64,000 nucleotides of DNA from a virus (Duplodnaviria; Caudoviricetes), in the IMG/VR virus record IMGVR_UViG_3300028833_000101, positions 32,001-96,000 of that record. One strand, written 5' to 3'. Positions 35,459 through 47,822 of this stretch are shown here, piece after piece (positions within the stretch are counted from its first letter, which is position 1; every line of letters starts with the position of its first letter). Both the position numbers and the translations under genes were made by a program. A model generated the notes under the pieces. It had not been told where the DNA came from. It did no database searches and was given only the letters and a program-made list of their open reading frames with translations.

Positions 35459-35989
35459 ATGACTACAACAGAACTAATTGAAAAAGCAGTAGAAAACTTA
35501 AATAGAGTTAAGCAATTAAACCTAAGCATAACAAGCATATTATCGCAACTTGGTAATGATAATAATTTTTCTGTATCAATATTAGATAATGAAAGCGACT
35601 GCACATTTGATACTATTATTGATGAAAATATATCTACTCAACAACTATTGCCAGATGACCATACAAAGCTATCCCCAGATAATATTATAATGTTAAGAAT
35701 AGCTAAGCATATATTTGAAGCATATAAAAAGTTTAAAAACAATGTTGTCAATGCTAGCCTAACACTAAATAATAATCCAACTATTAGTTCAGTAAAAATT
35801 GGTCAAGCTACTTATGACATAGGTGTTAATGGTAGAAGCTTAACTGCAACGTTTGATGAAGTAGATGAGTTAAAAAATAAGCTTGATAATTTACAAATTG
35901 AAAAAGATCACTTAGAACAAGAATTACAGAGCACAAAAGCAATAGTTGATTTACTGTTTCAACGATGTCAAGATAAAGGGATTTTATAA
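35459..35989 (+). CDS. LRxAY-family paralog 9 with C-terminal coiled coil
   Basis: LIEKAVENLNRVKQLNL...IIMLRIAKHIF. Own TTGTATAAT box at 35441. Confidence 0.72.
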   Translation: MTTTELIEKAVENLNRVKQLNLSITSILSQLGNDNNFSVSILDNESDCTFDTIIDENISTQQLLPDDHTKLSPDNIIMLRIAKHIFEAYKKFKNNVVNASLTLNNNPTISSVKIGQATYDIGVNGRSLTATFDEVDELKNKLDNLQIEKDHLEQELQSTKAIVDLLFQRCQDKGIL

Positions 35990-35993
35990 ATAA

Positions 35994-36194
35994 ATGATTG
36001 AACCTTATATTATTTTAACTCTTTGGCTCATTAATCTTGCTGTCAGCAGTTTACTTATATTGTATTTTCAAAAAAATAAACGAAGACCAACTGACTTTTC
36101 TGGCTGGACATTTGGAATTATTATTTGGAATATATTTATTACAATACTGTGTATAGCATTGATGTCATGTTATTTTACTGGGGTGCTTGGTTAG
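35994..36194 (+). CDS. Small two-TM membrane protein
   Basis: Two hydrophobic stretches separated by KNKRR. Confidence 0.7.
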   Translation: MIEPYIILTLWLINLAVSSLLILYFQKNKRRPTDFSGWTFGIIIWNIFITILCIALMSCYFTGVLG

Positions 36195-36410
36195 AAATTT
36201 GTAAAAACTATTTACAAGTTTTTATGATATAATATAATTATAAGGTAAAGTTATATTTAGAAAAGCAACTAAAGATGAGTTCAAAAATAAACAAAGTTGA
36301 CACTTATAAAGCTGCATTGACCTTAAAATCTTATAAAGTAATTATCATTCTCCAATTAGAAAAATGGCTTAATGCCATTTTTTATTTACTAGCCAATTAA
36401 GCGATTTTTT

Positions 36411-36421
36411 TTGCTAAATTA
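36411..36421 (+). promoter_or_regulatory. Putative late promoter TTGCTAAATTA
   Basis: Head of the collagen/LRR operon. Confidence 0.75.
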
Positions 36422-36467
36422 ATTGATAATAATTAATTGATAATATTTTATTATAGGAGGAGAGCTG

Positions 36468-37340
36468 ATGGCAACCAAAGAACAAAAGAAACATGGTTTT
36501 ACGGTTATGTATGAAAAAGATGGCTACTATTGGGGCAGCTATGACCCATGGCCATCTAAGGATGATACTAAGCTTATTAAAGTTGCTGTTTGACGTGGTT
36601 ATCAAGAGCCAGATCCAACTGGAGAAACTGAATATATTGGTATTGTAGGACCACAGGGGCCAAAGGGCGACAAAGGTGACAAAGGTGATACTGGTCCTCG
36701 AGGTCCAAAAGGGGATAAGGGCGATAAAGGTGACCAAGGTGAAATTGGCCCACAAGGTGAACAAGGCGAACCCGGAGAAAATGGCCAAGATGGTGCACAA
36801 GGTCCTAAAGGTGATACCGGTGCTAATGGTATTACTCCTCATATTGGTGATAATGGAAACTGATTTATTGGAGAAACTGATACAGGTGTTCATGCACAAG
36901 GCCCTAAGGGCGAAGATGGAGCGGGTGGTGAAGGCGGAAGCTCACTATCAAGAGAAGAAGTTATTACCATTGTAAACGAAGCGATTGAAAGTGGTGAAAT
37001 TGATCTTAAGAAAGAAGAATACATTGTAGAAGACGTAGATGAATTAGACCTCTTAAGATTGTTTAGAACTGAATATGCAATTAATATTATACCAGTAGAC
37101 CCTGAACTTAATACCGATCGTATTGTGATCGAGCCTAACACTGCTTGAACTGAAGAAACAACAAAAGTGGTTATTAAACCAGCTGATGGTGTTATTGGCA
37201 GCATCAATAGTATTATCTCTGTAGAAAATGCAGATTATGTAGTAATTGATGACCCAGAAGCCCCAGAAGGAGCTTTAGTTATAGTTTTAAATAATCCAAC
37301 TGCTGATGTTAATATTTCAGTAGAAGAAAGCTTTAAATAA
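36468..37340 (+). CDS. Collagen-like (Gly-X-Y) virion protein (code 4; absent from the track in this frame)
   Basis: About 20 GXY triplets and TPHIGDNGN(W)FIGETDTGV. 3 TGA; AGGAGG RBS. Confidence 0.85.
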
Positions 37341-37355
37341 TGGAGGAACTGAATA

Positions 37356-38483
37356 ATGGCAACTGCAAATATTAAAAAATTTGTTACTATTGATAACTTA
37401 AAAACAGTTATTGAAGAATTTAAAAAACATAATAGAACTATTATTGATGTAACAGAACTTCCATTATCTAATATTGACAGCACTAAAATTTATCGTTTAA
37501 TTACAGATGTTCCAGGAAAAACTGAAATTAGTCATGAATATAAATTATTTATAGCTAATATTGTAGATAACCAAAAATCACCTGGTATAGCTGGAATTTT
37601 AGATACTCTTAATCAAAATGGATTTATTGAAAATATAGATTATTTTACATATCCATTAGCAGACGTGCCTGATTATGGTAGTGATTATACTTTATTATAT
37701 ATAGATTATATAAAATTTCAAACCATTAGACAGAAGAGCCAATCATCTACCTTTAAAGCAAATTTTTATGATTTTCATGTTGTTGAAAATGCAGATGAAT
37801 TTGAAGCTTTATATAACACTCTTATAAATAAGCCTTTTGATGAAACACAAGAATATAAAGATTGGCTTAGTGAACAAGGTTTAAATAAATATTGTTATTG
37901 CTATGTTTATATTAAGAATACAGATGGCTTAGAAAATAAAGACTTTATAGATGCAAGTAATTTTGAAGATTTATCGTGGAATAATAATCAAATACCAAAT
38001 TTTTGGGAAATTGATTATTATGCTACTCCAGATGCTGATAATTATACAAATGATGGTGTTTGGTATATTGACGCAGTTGATCCTATAGTTTCTACTACCA
38101 ATATTACAGATTTATTTTCGAGTTTGGTTTCTTCTGATCTATCTAATCTAAAGGATAACCCAGAACTTTATAAGGTAGTAGATTTAGTCACAGAAAATAT
38201 TACTGAACCGGTGCACACAGAAGCTTTATATACACATAATATTACTGGCTGAGAAAAAATTGAAATCGGTGGAACAAGTAGTATAGTTTATGCTACAAAT
38301 GCTGATGTTGACCTTGGCTTTGGAATTCTAACTTTTGCAGATAATATTTCAATTGAAGATACATCTTTAGTAGCAGATGATACAACTACTATTGATGAAG
38401 AAAACCATCTTTTAGATTTAGATGGTGATGAATATAATAATGGAACTAATCCAGAGGATAACTCCGGAGAAGATAAAGAATAA
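37356..38483 (+). CDS. Putative virion accessory protein (code 4)
   Basis: Extends through TGA 38250 (TG-W-EKI) to TAA at 38481. Confidence 0.65.
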
Positions 38484-38509
38484 TGTTAATTTAATTAAAG
38501 GAGAGAAAA

Positions 38510-39430
38510 ATGAGTAATTACATTGACAAAATTAAAAAAGACGGAGTTATCTATAATATCCGTAGTATTGGAGCATATCTTGTTGAGCAAGAACCCGTTG
38601 CAGCTCCAAGTGGAATTAGTGGAAATTTAAACTATGAGCCTGATGAAGAAAAAGGTTATCAAGTATTAGACACCATTTATTCTGCTGGACAAATTAATAC
38701 TATTACTTATGGTAAGGTTGTTTGCCACTTACTAACGCTCGATACAACTTATAATACAGCTTATTATATTAGTGCTTTTGAACCAACTACAGTCATTGTT
38801 CCAGAAGAAAGCGGTGGTGAAGAAGTAGGTGGTGGTGAAGTAGAAAGTGGTGGAGGACTTAAAAAGGCTGCTCTTAAATCCAGCGGCACACTTAACCCAG
38901 GTGATGAAGTAGATGGCGCTGAAGCTATATTAATTGCTTTAATTGGCGGTAAATTTATTACACATCAAATTATTACAGCTGCTTCAGTGCCAAATGATAT
39001 TTTTGTTGATACTTCTAATGAATGGAAACCAGATGAGCTTTTATTAGAAGATAAATATTATAATTACCAAGATTGATTTAGTGCTAATATGGGTGCATAT
39101 TTAGAACGCAAACAAACTGCTTGGGAAGAAGAAAATGGCATTTCCGGCGGCGAACAAGAAGAAAGCGGTGGAAAAAGACGCCCTGATAGACTTCCTGAAA
39201 TTGATGAAAATTTTGAACCAACAATTAAAGACTTGATCTGAGCAAGAACCTTAAGCAGCAATGATGAAAATGGCGGGAATGAATTTATGATAAAAACTGC
39301 TGATATCTTACTTAATAGTTTTGTCCACAACACACAAGCTCGTATATTTTTAACTGGCCTTATGCCAATGTACACTGGAGAAGAACTTGATCCTATCAAG
39401 CCTAATCCAGGAGAAATGCTAGAAGAATAA
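38510..39430 (+). CDS. Putative virion accessory/fibre protein (code 4)
   Basis: Starts YIDKIKKDGVIYNI. 2 TGA; TAA at 39428. Confidence 0.65.
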
Positions 39431-39458
39431 AGCATAAAATAATTGGAGGTAGCTAAAT

Positions 39459-39971
39459 ATGGCTGAAGAAAAGAAAGTCTTAACGACTGAAAATTTAGCT
39501 GCAATTAAAGAGCTTAATGATGCTTGATATCAAGAAAAACTTGAAAGCGGCGTAAATATAAAAACTATTAATGGTATCTCTATTTTAGGAAATGGGGATA
39601 TAGTTATTAAAGCAAGTGACGGTGGCGATGCTAGTGTTGAACTTTTAGCTACTGCTTGAAGAAAAAATAATTGATATGATTGCAATACTCTTGTAACATA
39701 TAATAAAAAAATTTATCGCTGTGTAAACTCTAACTCAGATTCAAGCTTTAATACTCGTAACTGAGAACAAACAACTATTGCAGATGGTATTTTAGATATA
39801 ATGTATAATCAAAATTATGTTAACTGAAGTGATGCCTATAATGCTGCAAATAGCTGCTTAAATGATAATTTTGCTTCTAAATTTGATACAAGATTAAATA
39901 GTCAATTTAATGATAAATTTGATGCAAGATTTGATGCTAAAATGGATGAATTGCTAAATACGGAGATGTAA
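39459..39971 (+). CDS. Fibre-associated protein with CBM5/12-like module (code 4, 5 TGA; absent from the track)
   Basis: QEKLESGVNIKTINGISILGNGDI and A(W)RKNN(W)Y..VTYNKKIYRC..N(W)E. Confidence 0.7.
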
Positions 39972-39975
39972 TATT

Positions 39976-42507
39976 ATGGCCAGTAGTAAATATAATATAG
40001 CTACATTATTTCATGATATTGCAGATAGTATTAGAGATAAGCTTGAGTACCCAAAAGAAGCTTATACTATAAAACCAAAAGAGTTTGCAGATGAAATTTT
40101 AAATTTACCTCAAACTATTACTGGTGGTGCGACATATGCTGACCCTGCATTATTAGTAGAGGGAACTATTACAGACATAACTAATGATGCTGCATATATT
40201 AAACCTTATACTTTTGCTTATTGTTCAAATCTTACTAGTGCTGAATTTCCAAAATGTTCAAAAATTGGCTCTAATACTTTTTTACAGGCTGTTAATTTAA
40301 ATTCTATCAGTTTTCCAGTTGTTGAACAAATTGAGCCTTGGGCATTTAGTAGCTGTGCTGGTTTAGTTACAGTTAGTTTTCCAGAATGTATTAGAATTAA
40401 TACAGGAGCATTTTGTAATTGCTCCTCTTTGCAATCTGTTACTTTGAGTAAATGCTCTTATATTGGTGATCGTGCTTTTTATAGTAATAATGAGTTAATA
40501 AGCTTAAATTTAGAACAGGTTGAATATATTGGGCCTTCAGCTTTTCAATATTGTACTAAACTTTCTAATATTTCACTGCCAAATGTCACTTCTATTGGAA
40601 TGTATGCTTTTAATGGAACCGCTACTGATAGTCTATTTAGAAACTTATCACTATCAAAATGTAGAAGAATTGAAAGTTATGCATTTGCAAATGGCTTTGA
40701 TACTATTTCATTACCAGAGTGTACTTATATTGGTTCACAAAATTATGGAGGCGGGTCAAACTATACCTATAGTTTAAGCTACTTAGAACTTCCAAAAGCT
40801 CGTATGTTAGATAGAGTTTTTTGTAACTACTGGAATTTACAGGCGGTTAGTTTACCAGAAGTAACTATATTAGCGGCAACGTTTTCAAACTGTCGTTATT
40901 TAAGCAATGTATATGCACCAAAAGTTACTTCAATTTACTCTGATACTTTTAACAGCTGCTATTCATTGTCATCCGCTGTGTTTTCTAAAGTTACGTATCT
41001 AGGCAGTGAAGCTTTTGCTAATTGTTCAAATCTTAGTACAATATCTTTTGGTAAATTAACTACCATTTGTTCATTTGCTTTTTATGGTTGCTCCAAATTA
41101 ACAGATATAAATTGTGGCTATGGGACAAATGTATTACCAGTAACTACAATTTCAGATGGAGCATTTAATCGTTGCTCTATGTTGCCAAGCATAACATTTT
41201 TATATTGCAGTAATTTTAGTTCTGTAAATATTTTTAGTGACTGCTCTAATTTAACAACGTTAATCTTTTTACCAAGTAGTGCTACTTTTTCTAGTAAATT
41301 TAATCTGCCAGCAATACAAAGTATTTATGTTAGGTCAAGTTATATTAGTGTATGAAAAAATACTAAAAATTTATCTCATTACTCTAACATTATTCAATCT
41401 TTGCCAGCAGATATTGAATCATTATATACATTTGAGAAAGAATTTTATAGTTCAAATATATCTGAAATACCATTATCAAAAATAAATACTAAATATATAT
41501 TAAGTAGTGCTTTTTGGCGTTGCCAAAATTTAAGCACTGCTTTATTGCCAGAGGCAGTAATTATAGATGGCTCTGCATTTTATTCATGTAAAAATTTAGT
41601 TGAAGTCTCATTACCAAATGCTATTAAATTAGGCAATTATTGCTTTTACTCTGATAATAAAATTTCAAATATCTATTTACCAAACTTAATATCAGCTGGT
41701 GCTTATTGTTTTACCTCTTGTACTGCATTTTCAAAGATGAGCTGTATTGACTTACCAAATGTTATTGAACTTGGTGCACAATGTTTCGCATGACTTAACA
41801 TATCTAAAATTTTTGTTCCTAAATTACAAACTGCCGGTCCGGGATGTTTTTCTGTTAATAGATGACTACAAACTATAGATTTACCAAATTGTACAACACT
41901 TGGTGAAAGTTGTTTCTGAGCATGTGAACAATTAAGTAGTATAAATATTCCATTAATAACAAGTATTCCAAAAGGAGCTTTTTATGCTTGTTATAGTTTA
42001 TCTGCTATTCCTAATAACTCTACACTTACTGCTATTGGTTCAGACGCTTTTGCAAACTGTCATAATTTACAAGGTGATATATTTTTGCCAAAAGCTAGTA
42101 TTATTGGTTCAAACGCTTTTTATGGACTTATGAATTCAAATATAAATAAAATAATTTTAGGAAATGTAAGTATAGGAACAAATGCCTTTACATCAATTTA
42201 TAATCTCTCTGCTGTGCATCTTGCTGGTGGTACTATTAGTTGTTATGCATTTAGAAGCTGTAGAACAATACCAAGTATTTATTTTTATAGTTCTAAGTTA
42301 ATTTCTATGGAATTAGCAAATCGATCCCCAGTAGTCCTATTTGGTGGTACTGATATTGGAACGATATATGTAAGACAATCATTGTTTAATAATTATTTAA
42401 AAGATTCAAATTGAAAATATTATTCAAGTCATTTTAGTAGTCTTACAGATGAAGAAATGAATATATTATATCAAGAAAATTATGGATTACCCTATAATCA
42501 AGATTAA
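39976..42507 (+). CDS. BspA-type leucine-rich repeat (LRR_5) protein 1 (843 aa, code 4)
   Basis: IGxxAFxxCxxL repeats and IYVR..N(W) caps. 5 TGA. Confidence 0.88.
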
Positions 42508-42522
42508 TTTGGAGGCAACTAA

Positions 42523-45405
42523 ATGGCAAATTCTGTAAATACTACTTTAAAAAACATAGCAGATGCAATTAGATATAAATTAGAAACTGATGAACTAATT
42601 TCACCAATAGATTTTCCAAGTAAAATTTCTGAAATTCCTGTTGCAGTAGGTGGTTTTGATGACCCAACACCTATTATTACTGGAACTGTTAGGCTTGTTA
42701 GTAATAGTGCTTCATTTATTCGTGCTTATGCTTTTTATGATTGTTCACAGTTAGCAGCTGTAAGTTTTCCAAATTGCACAAGTATTAATAATGGGGTATT
42801 TGCTAATTGTAGTGCTTTAAAAACAGTTAATTTTGCTACCTGTACTTCTATTGGAAGTAGCGCATTTTATCAATGTTCAAATTTATCAACATTTTCTTTT
42901 CCGAACTGTGAATATATTGGTAATAGTGCTTTTTATAATTGTTCAAAGCTATCTAATATAGATTTACCAAATTGTAGCTTTATTGGAAATAACGCTTTTA
43001 CTAATTGCTATAATATTTCAAGTATTAATTTACCTAATGTTAAAGTTTTAGGGGGAGCAGCATTTTGTGCTTGTAGAAATATTACTGGGCCGGTAAGTTT
43101 ACCTGTTATTAGTAGCTTATATGATAGTGTATTTTATGACTGTAGAAATATTACCTCAGTCTATCTACCAGAACTAACATCTTTATATGGCAGTGTATTT
43201 GAAAACTGTTCACAATTATCTAGTTTTTATTTACCAAAGATAAAGACTATTTATGGCAACGCTTTTTATAATACTGCCTTGACAGGAAGTATTGAGTTAT
43301 CTACGCTTGAAGGGATTGGTAGTTCGGTTTTTGGCAAAACATCTATAACTAATTTTAGTGCTCAAAATTGCTCTCGAATAGAAAATGGTAATTCGCCATT
43401 CCCATCCAGTATTTTAAGTATTTATATGCCAAACTTAACTAAGATTTATGGATGTGGATTTCAAAATTGCTCCAATTTACAAACCTTAGACATTCCATAC
43501 TCGAAAATTGATTATATTAATGCATATGCTTTTGCAAATACTCCATTTTCAACCCTTACATTAACTGGCATTTCCAGTATTTTATATGGAACATTTATAG
43601 ATTGTTCAAATTTAGTTAGTATCTATGTGCCATATGCAGTTAATATTGATGCATGATCTGGCTATTCTCAAGCAGGCATTTTTGCAAATTGTTATAATTT
43701 AACAACCATAAATAATCCACAAAATATTGTTAACTTTAGAGACATTAAATGGGATACTTTTAAAAACTGCAGCGCATTAACACATATTACACTGACTGAG
43801 GCAAGTAAGATCTATACTGGAGCATTCGCTGGGTGTAAAAATTTACATACACTAATTTTATTAGGTGATTCCCTTTTTAATAGCTATCCAGCAAATGCTT
43901 TTACAGATACTCCAATCTTAACTTCCAGTTATTTAGGTACTTATGGAAGCATCTATGTACCAGCAGTATATTTAAGTTCTTATAAAGCTAACTGACCGGA
44001 AGTTTCAGAGAGAATCGTAGCGCTAGATTCGTCAGATTATATTGCACCATTTGAATTTGCAGAATCAAATATTTCAGAAATTCCACTCTCTAAATTAAAT
44101 GCTTATTATATAGGAAAAAATGCATTTGTCTCATGTAATAACTTAGAGTCAGTAACATTATCTAATTGTTTAGCTATGGCTGTAGATGCTTTTGAGTACT
44201 GTTCACAATTAGTATCTGTAAATTTACCAAATTGCTTAACTATCAATAAAAATTATACTGACATGAATTGCTTTTCTGGTTGTGAGAATCTTAAAATAAT
44301 AAATCTTCCTAAAGTAAAAAGACTTGATAATACAAATTTTCCAAGTAGTCTTGAAAGTATTAATTTAGCAAATTGCTCAGATATTACTGGCTATGATACT
44401 TTTTCTGGTTGTAATATTAGTATGATAGATCTTCCAGAATGCGTGAACGTAGGCCCTGCTACTTTTTCTGGTTGTAGCTTATTAACTTCAGCAAATTTAC
44501 CAAAAGTTAAGTACATTTCTAACAATTGCTTTATAAGCTGCACTAATTTAACAGAAGTCACTATTGGACCTGCTACAAGTGTTATTGGTTATTGTGCATT
44601 TCAAGGATGCACAAATCTAAGTAGCTTTAATTTTTCTCAAATACAAGTCATAGAAGGAAGTGCTTTTGCGGATTGTTCAAATTTAAGTGGCACCTTACAT
44701 TTAGAAAATGTTTCATCATTTGGACTATATGCTTTTAGAAATTGTCAAAATATCTCAAGTGTTATCTTATCTTTTGATAAAATAACTACTTTTGGTCAAG
44801 GTGTATTTAATGGTTGCTCCAATATAATGTCAAGTTTTATAGGTGGAAACTATATATGTGACTCTCTCGGAAATCCAGTTTGGTATCAAGGACCATACTC
44901 TACAGATATAACAACTTTAGCTTTTCCAAATACTTATAGACTTGGAATATTTGGTAATCAACTTGGTAATTGTTGGAGTATTCAAACTATTGTTTTTCCA
45001 TCTACAATAACAAGTATTCCTGCCGAATTTTATTGCAGTAGAACTATTCAACTAGATAACCATCAATACCCATTAAATACTGTTTATATTTTAGGAAATC
45101 CGTTCATTGGTAATGATGCCTTTATGTATAAAACACACTTAAGTTCTGTTTATATCCTTGGCAGTGAAATGGCTTCATTTGGCGGTAGAGGTTGAGGCGA
45201 CTATACTTTAATTAATGGTTGAAGTGGCTGGGGTTCACGATCTGCATCTGGTAAAATTTATGTAAGAGCATCATTAGCTGATGCTTATAGAAATCAAGTT
45301 GCAAGCTTATCAAGTTTAAAAAATGCGACAATTGAAGGATTATCTGATGAGGAAATAGATAATTTATTAATAGAATTAAATCAAACTTATCCTAATGTTA
45401 TATAA
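42523..45405 (+). CDS. BspA-type leucine-rich repeat (LRR_5) protein 2 (960 aa, code 4)
   Basis: Same repeats. Shares the IADAIR N-terminus and SNISEIPLSK linker with protein 1. 4 TGA. Confidence 0.88.
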
Positions 45406-45455
45406 TAATTTTTATTGTATAATATAAATATAAAAGAAGAAAAGGAATTTTTAAT

Positions 45456-46433
45456 ATGACTTTAGATATTTTAGTCCCACAATATAAAGAAACTGATGAA
45501 GTTATTAAGCCATTATTAGATAGTATTGCACTACAACAAGGTATTGACTTAAACGATGTTGGAGTTATTATTGTAAATGATGGTTCAGATGTATTTTTAA
45601 CAGATGAATTCTTAAATAGCTACCCATTTAAAATTCAATACATTAAATCAAAACATGATGGAGTAAGTGCAACAAGACAAAAAGCATTTGATGCTTCAAA
45701 AGCTGATTACGTTATGTTTTGTGATGCTGATGATATGTTCTGCAATATGTGTGGAATGTGGATTATCTTTAGAGAAATGGGAATTGGATTTGATAGCTTG
45801 GTATCTGTATTCCATGAACAAACTAAACTACCGGGCACTAATGAATTAACATTTATTAATAGAGAGCAAGACAGCACATTTGTCCACGGTAAAGTTCATA
45901 GAAGAAAATACTTAATTGAACAACAAATCAAATGGAACCCAAGTCTGACAATTCATGAAGATAGCTACTTCAACATTCTTTGTCAAAGATGTTCTCCAAA
46001 TGTAAAATACTGTCCAACCCCATTCTATTTATGGAAATGGCGTGATGATAGTATTTGTAGAAGTGACTTCAAGTATATCTTAAAAACTTATAATAATATG
46101 CTTGATAGCAGCACAGCTCTCGTAAAAGAATTCTTACGTAGAAATAGATATCAAGAAGCTCAATTCTATGCAGCTTCAATGGTATATGATGCTTACTTCA
46201 CAATGAATAAAGATGAGTGGATTAACCAAGAGAATAAAGAATATAGAGATAATACTGAAAAACGTTTTGCTCAATATTATAAAACATTCAAATATATGGT
46301 TGATACTATTCCCCAAGAAAGTAAGACTGTTATTCTAGCCGGGTTAAGAAATCGCTTCTATATGGAAGGTTTACAATTTGAAACAATAACCTTTGATGCT
46401 TGGATTAAACATATTGAAGAGTTAGCTGACTAA
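45456..46433 (+). CDS. Family 2 glycosyltransferase
   Basis: ILVPQY, IIVNDGS, GVSATRQ, YVMFCDADD, HEDSYF. Confidence 0.9.
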   Translation: MTLDILVPQYKETDEVIKPLLDSIALQQGIDLNDVGVIIVNDGSDVFLTDEFLNSYPFKIQYIKSKHDGVSATRQKAFDASKADYVMFCDADDMFCNMCGMWIIFREMGIGFDSLVSVFHEQTKLPGTNELTFINREQDSTFVHGKVHRRKYLIEQQIKWNPSLTIHEDSYFNILCQRCSPNVKYCPTPFYLWKWRDDSICRSDFKYILKTYNNMLDSSTALVKEFLRRNRYQEAQFYAASMVYDAYFTMNKDEWINQENKEYRDNTEKRFAQYYKTFKYMVDTIPQESKTVILAGLRNRFYMEGLQFETITFDAWIKHIEELAD

Positions 46434-46479
46434 TTAATAAAAATTATAAAAAGACAACTTAAAAAGTTGTTTTTTTTTA

Positions 46480-46508
46480 TTTACAAACTTCTTATTTAGT
46501 TGTATAAT
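46480..46508 (+). promoter_or_regulatory. SigmaA-type early promoter TTTACA-17-TATAAT (first in this cluster; series of about 16)
   Basis: The same architecture has -35 boxes at 47033, 48203, 48780, 49896, 50714, 54345, 56561, 59189, 60049, 60854, 61109, 61550, 62316 and 62923, and at 36211 with 16 nt spacing. Several have TTTACT and 50714 has GATAAT. Confidence 0.85.
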
Positions 46509-46527
46509 ATAAATAAAGGATTAAAAT

Positions 46528-47001
46528 ATGAACATTTATATTGCTGCAAGCTTTGCATATGAAGATAAAGCTAAAACCAGTCAAAAGAAAGACTTAATTG
46601 AAAAAACTGTCAAGAGAATTAAGAAGTTTTTAAAAGGCAATTATTACTTACCACATCAATTAAAAATTCCAAATGCTTGGGATATGAGTTTAGAAGAATG
46701 GTCAAAAGCTGTTTATGAGCATGACATGGAAGTACTAGAAAAAGCAGAAGTTGTAATTTTTCTAAGCTTTGGTAAAGAGAACAATGCCGGGTCGGCTTGG
46801 GAAATGGGGTATGTTCATGGGTTTAATCTACATGAACAAGTTCACTTTCAAAAAACAGTTATAGTAATAAAGATGACTGATGAGCCAGAAAGTCTTATGA
46901 TTAGTAATTCAGTAGATAGAATTATTATGAGTAATGAAATTGAAACTTATGACTGGAAGACATTTCCAAAATATAAAACAGTTTTAAACAAACTAAGTTA
47001 A
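46528..47001 (+). CDS. Nucleoside 2-deoxyribosyltransferase family protein
   Basis: IYIAASF, D..LEKAEVVI, GSAWEMGY. Confidence 0.85.
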   Translation: MNIYIAASFAYEDKAKTSQKKDLIEKTVKRIKKFLKGNYYLPHQLKIPNAWDMSLEEWSKAVYEHDMEVLEKAEVVIFLSFGKENNAGSAWEMGYVHGFNLHEQVHFQKTVIVIKMTDEPESLMISNSVDRIIMSNEIETYDWKTFPKYKTVLNKLS

Positions 47002-47080
47002 GATAATTAAATAAAGAAACTTGTAAAAACTATTTACAAGTTTCTTTTTTTGTGGTATAATATAAATGTGAGGTAAAAGT

Positions 47081-47518
47081 ATGGAAACTATTGTTAGAGA
47101 AAAAACAACTTATGGATTTGTTTTATTTGATAAATATATTTTATGTGATATTAAAACATATCCAGCAAATGATGTCAATTTTAGACGCTTAGATGAAATT
47201 GATAAGAAAAAAGCTAAAATCAGACAATACAATAGTTTAAAAGTTTTAAGAAAAGAAGTACCTGGACATTTACAACAATGGCGTTATTGGTTACCTAAAC
47301 ATAAAGAAAGTGAATGGCTTAAAGATAAAGTTGAACCTTGGTGGGACGAAATTTATACTTTAGAATCATTACTAAAAGAAGCTGGCTTTGGTGAAGCCGG
47401 TTTTGGTGGAATTGGTGCTTTAAGCAGCTGGCATGATACTGGCGCTTGGGAGTATTGTATTAAGCACAAGTATTTTAAAATTATTAAGATTAAAGAAAGA
47501 TTAATTTTTGAAGAATAA
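47081..47518 (+). CDS. Hypothetical early protein (paralog of 47823)
   Basis: Shares DKYILC and IRxYxSLKxL with 47823. Confidence 0.75.
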   Translation: METIVREKTTYGFVLFDKYILCDIKTYPANDVNFRRLDEIDKKKAKIRQYNSLKVLRKEVPGHLQQWRYWLPKHKESEWLKDKVEPWWDEIYTLESLLKEAGFGEAGFGGIGALSSWHDTGAWEYCIKHKYFKIIKIKERLIFEE

Positions 47519-47555
47519 GTATTTACAGACAAAAATATTTAGAAAGTAGATTAAT

Positions 47556-47819
47556 ATGAAAATTGAAATAGAAGTTAAATTTAATATTGATGATAAGGTG
47601 TTAGTTAAAAAGCCGCATAGTGGAAGCTATCAAAAACCAGAACCATTTATTGCAGTAATTGGTGGCTATACAATTACTAAAAATAAAAGATCAACTACAG
47701 TTAGATATACCCTGGAGCCACTTATTAATGATGGTTATTATCATTTTAATGCTGGTATCTCTGACTGGAACCGTAAAAAGAAATATAGTGTCAATGAATT
47801 AGAAAAAATTGAGGAATAA
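47556..47819 (+). CDS. Small SH3/KOW-like hypothetical protein
   Basis: KFNIDDKVLV...ELEK. Confidence 0.7.
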   Translation: MKIEIEVKFNIDDKVLVKKPHSGSYQKPEPFIAVIGGYTITKNKRSTTVRYTLEPLINDGYYHFNAGISDWNRKKKYSVNELEKIEE

Positions 47820-47822
47820 ATT

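Noticed and set aside
35994-36194. Holin call for the two-TM protein
   Set aside because: No adjacent endolysin and not under the late motif, so it is left as a membrane protein.
1-45405. Fragmented ORFs interpreted as pseudogenes or sequencing errors
   Set aside because: All breaks are in-frame TGA, never frameshifts or TAA/TAG, and they fall at Trp positions of recognisable motifs.
11226-45405. TGA=Gly (code 25) or selenocysteine
   Set aside because: Motif contexts (GDTWF, NRW, NGNWFIG, HGTWGG) call for Trp.
39976-45405. Diversity-generating retroelement acting on LRR or fibre genes
   Set aside because: No reverse transcriptase, and no near-identical TR/VR pair differing at adenines, was seen in this window.
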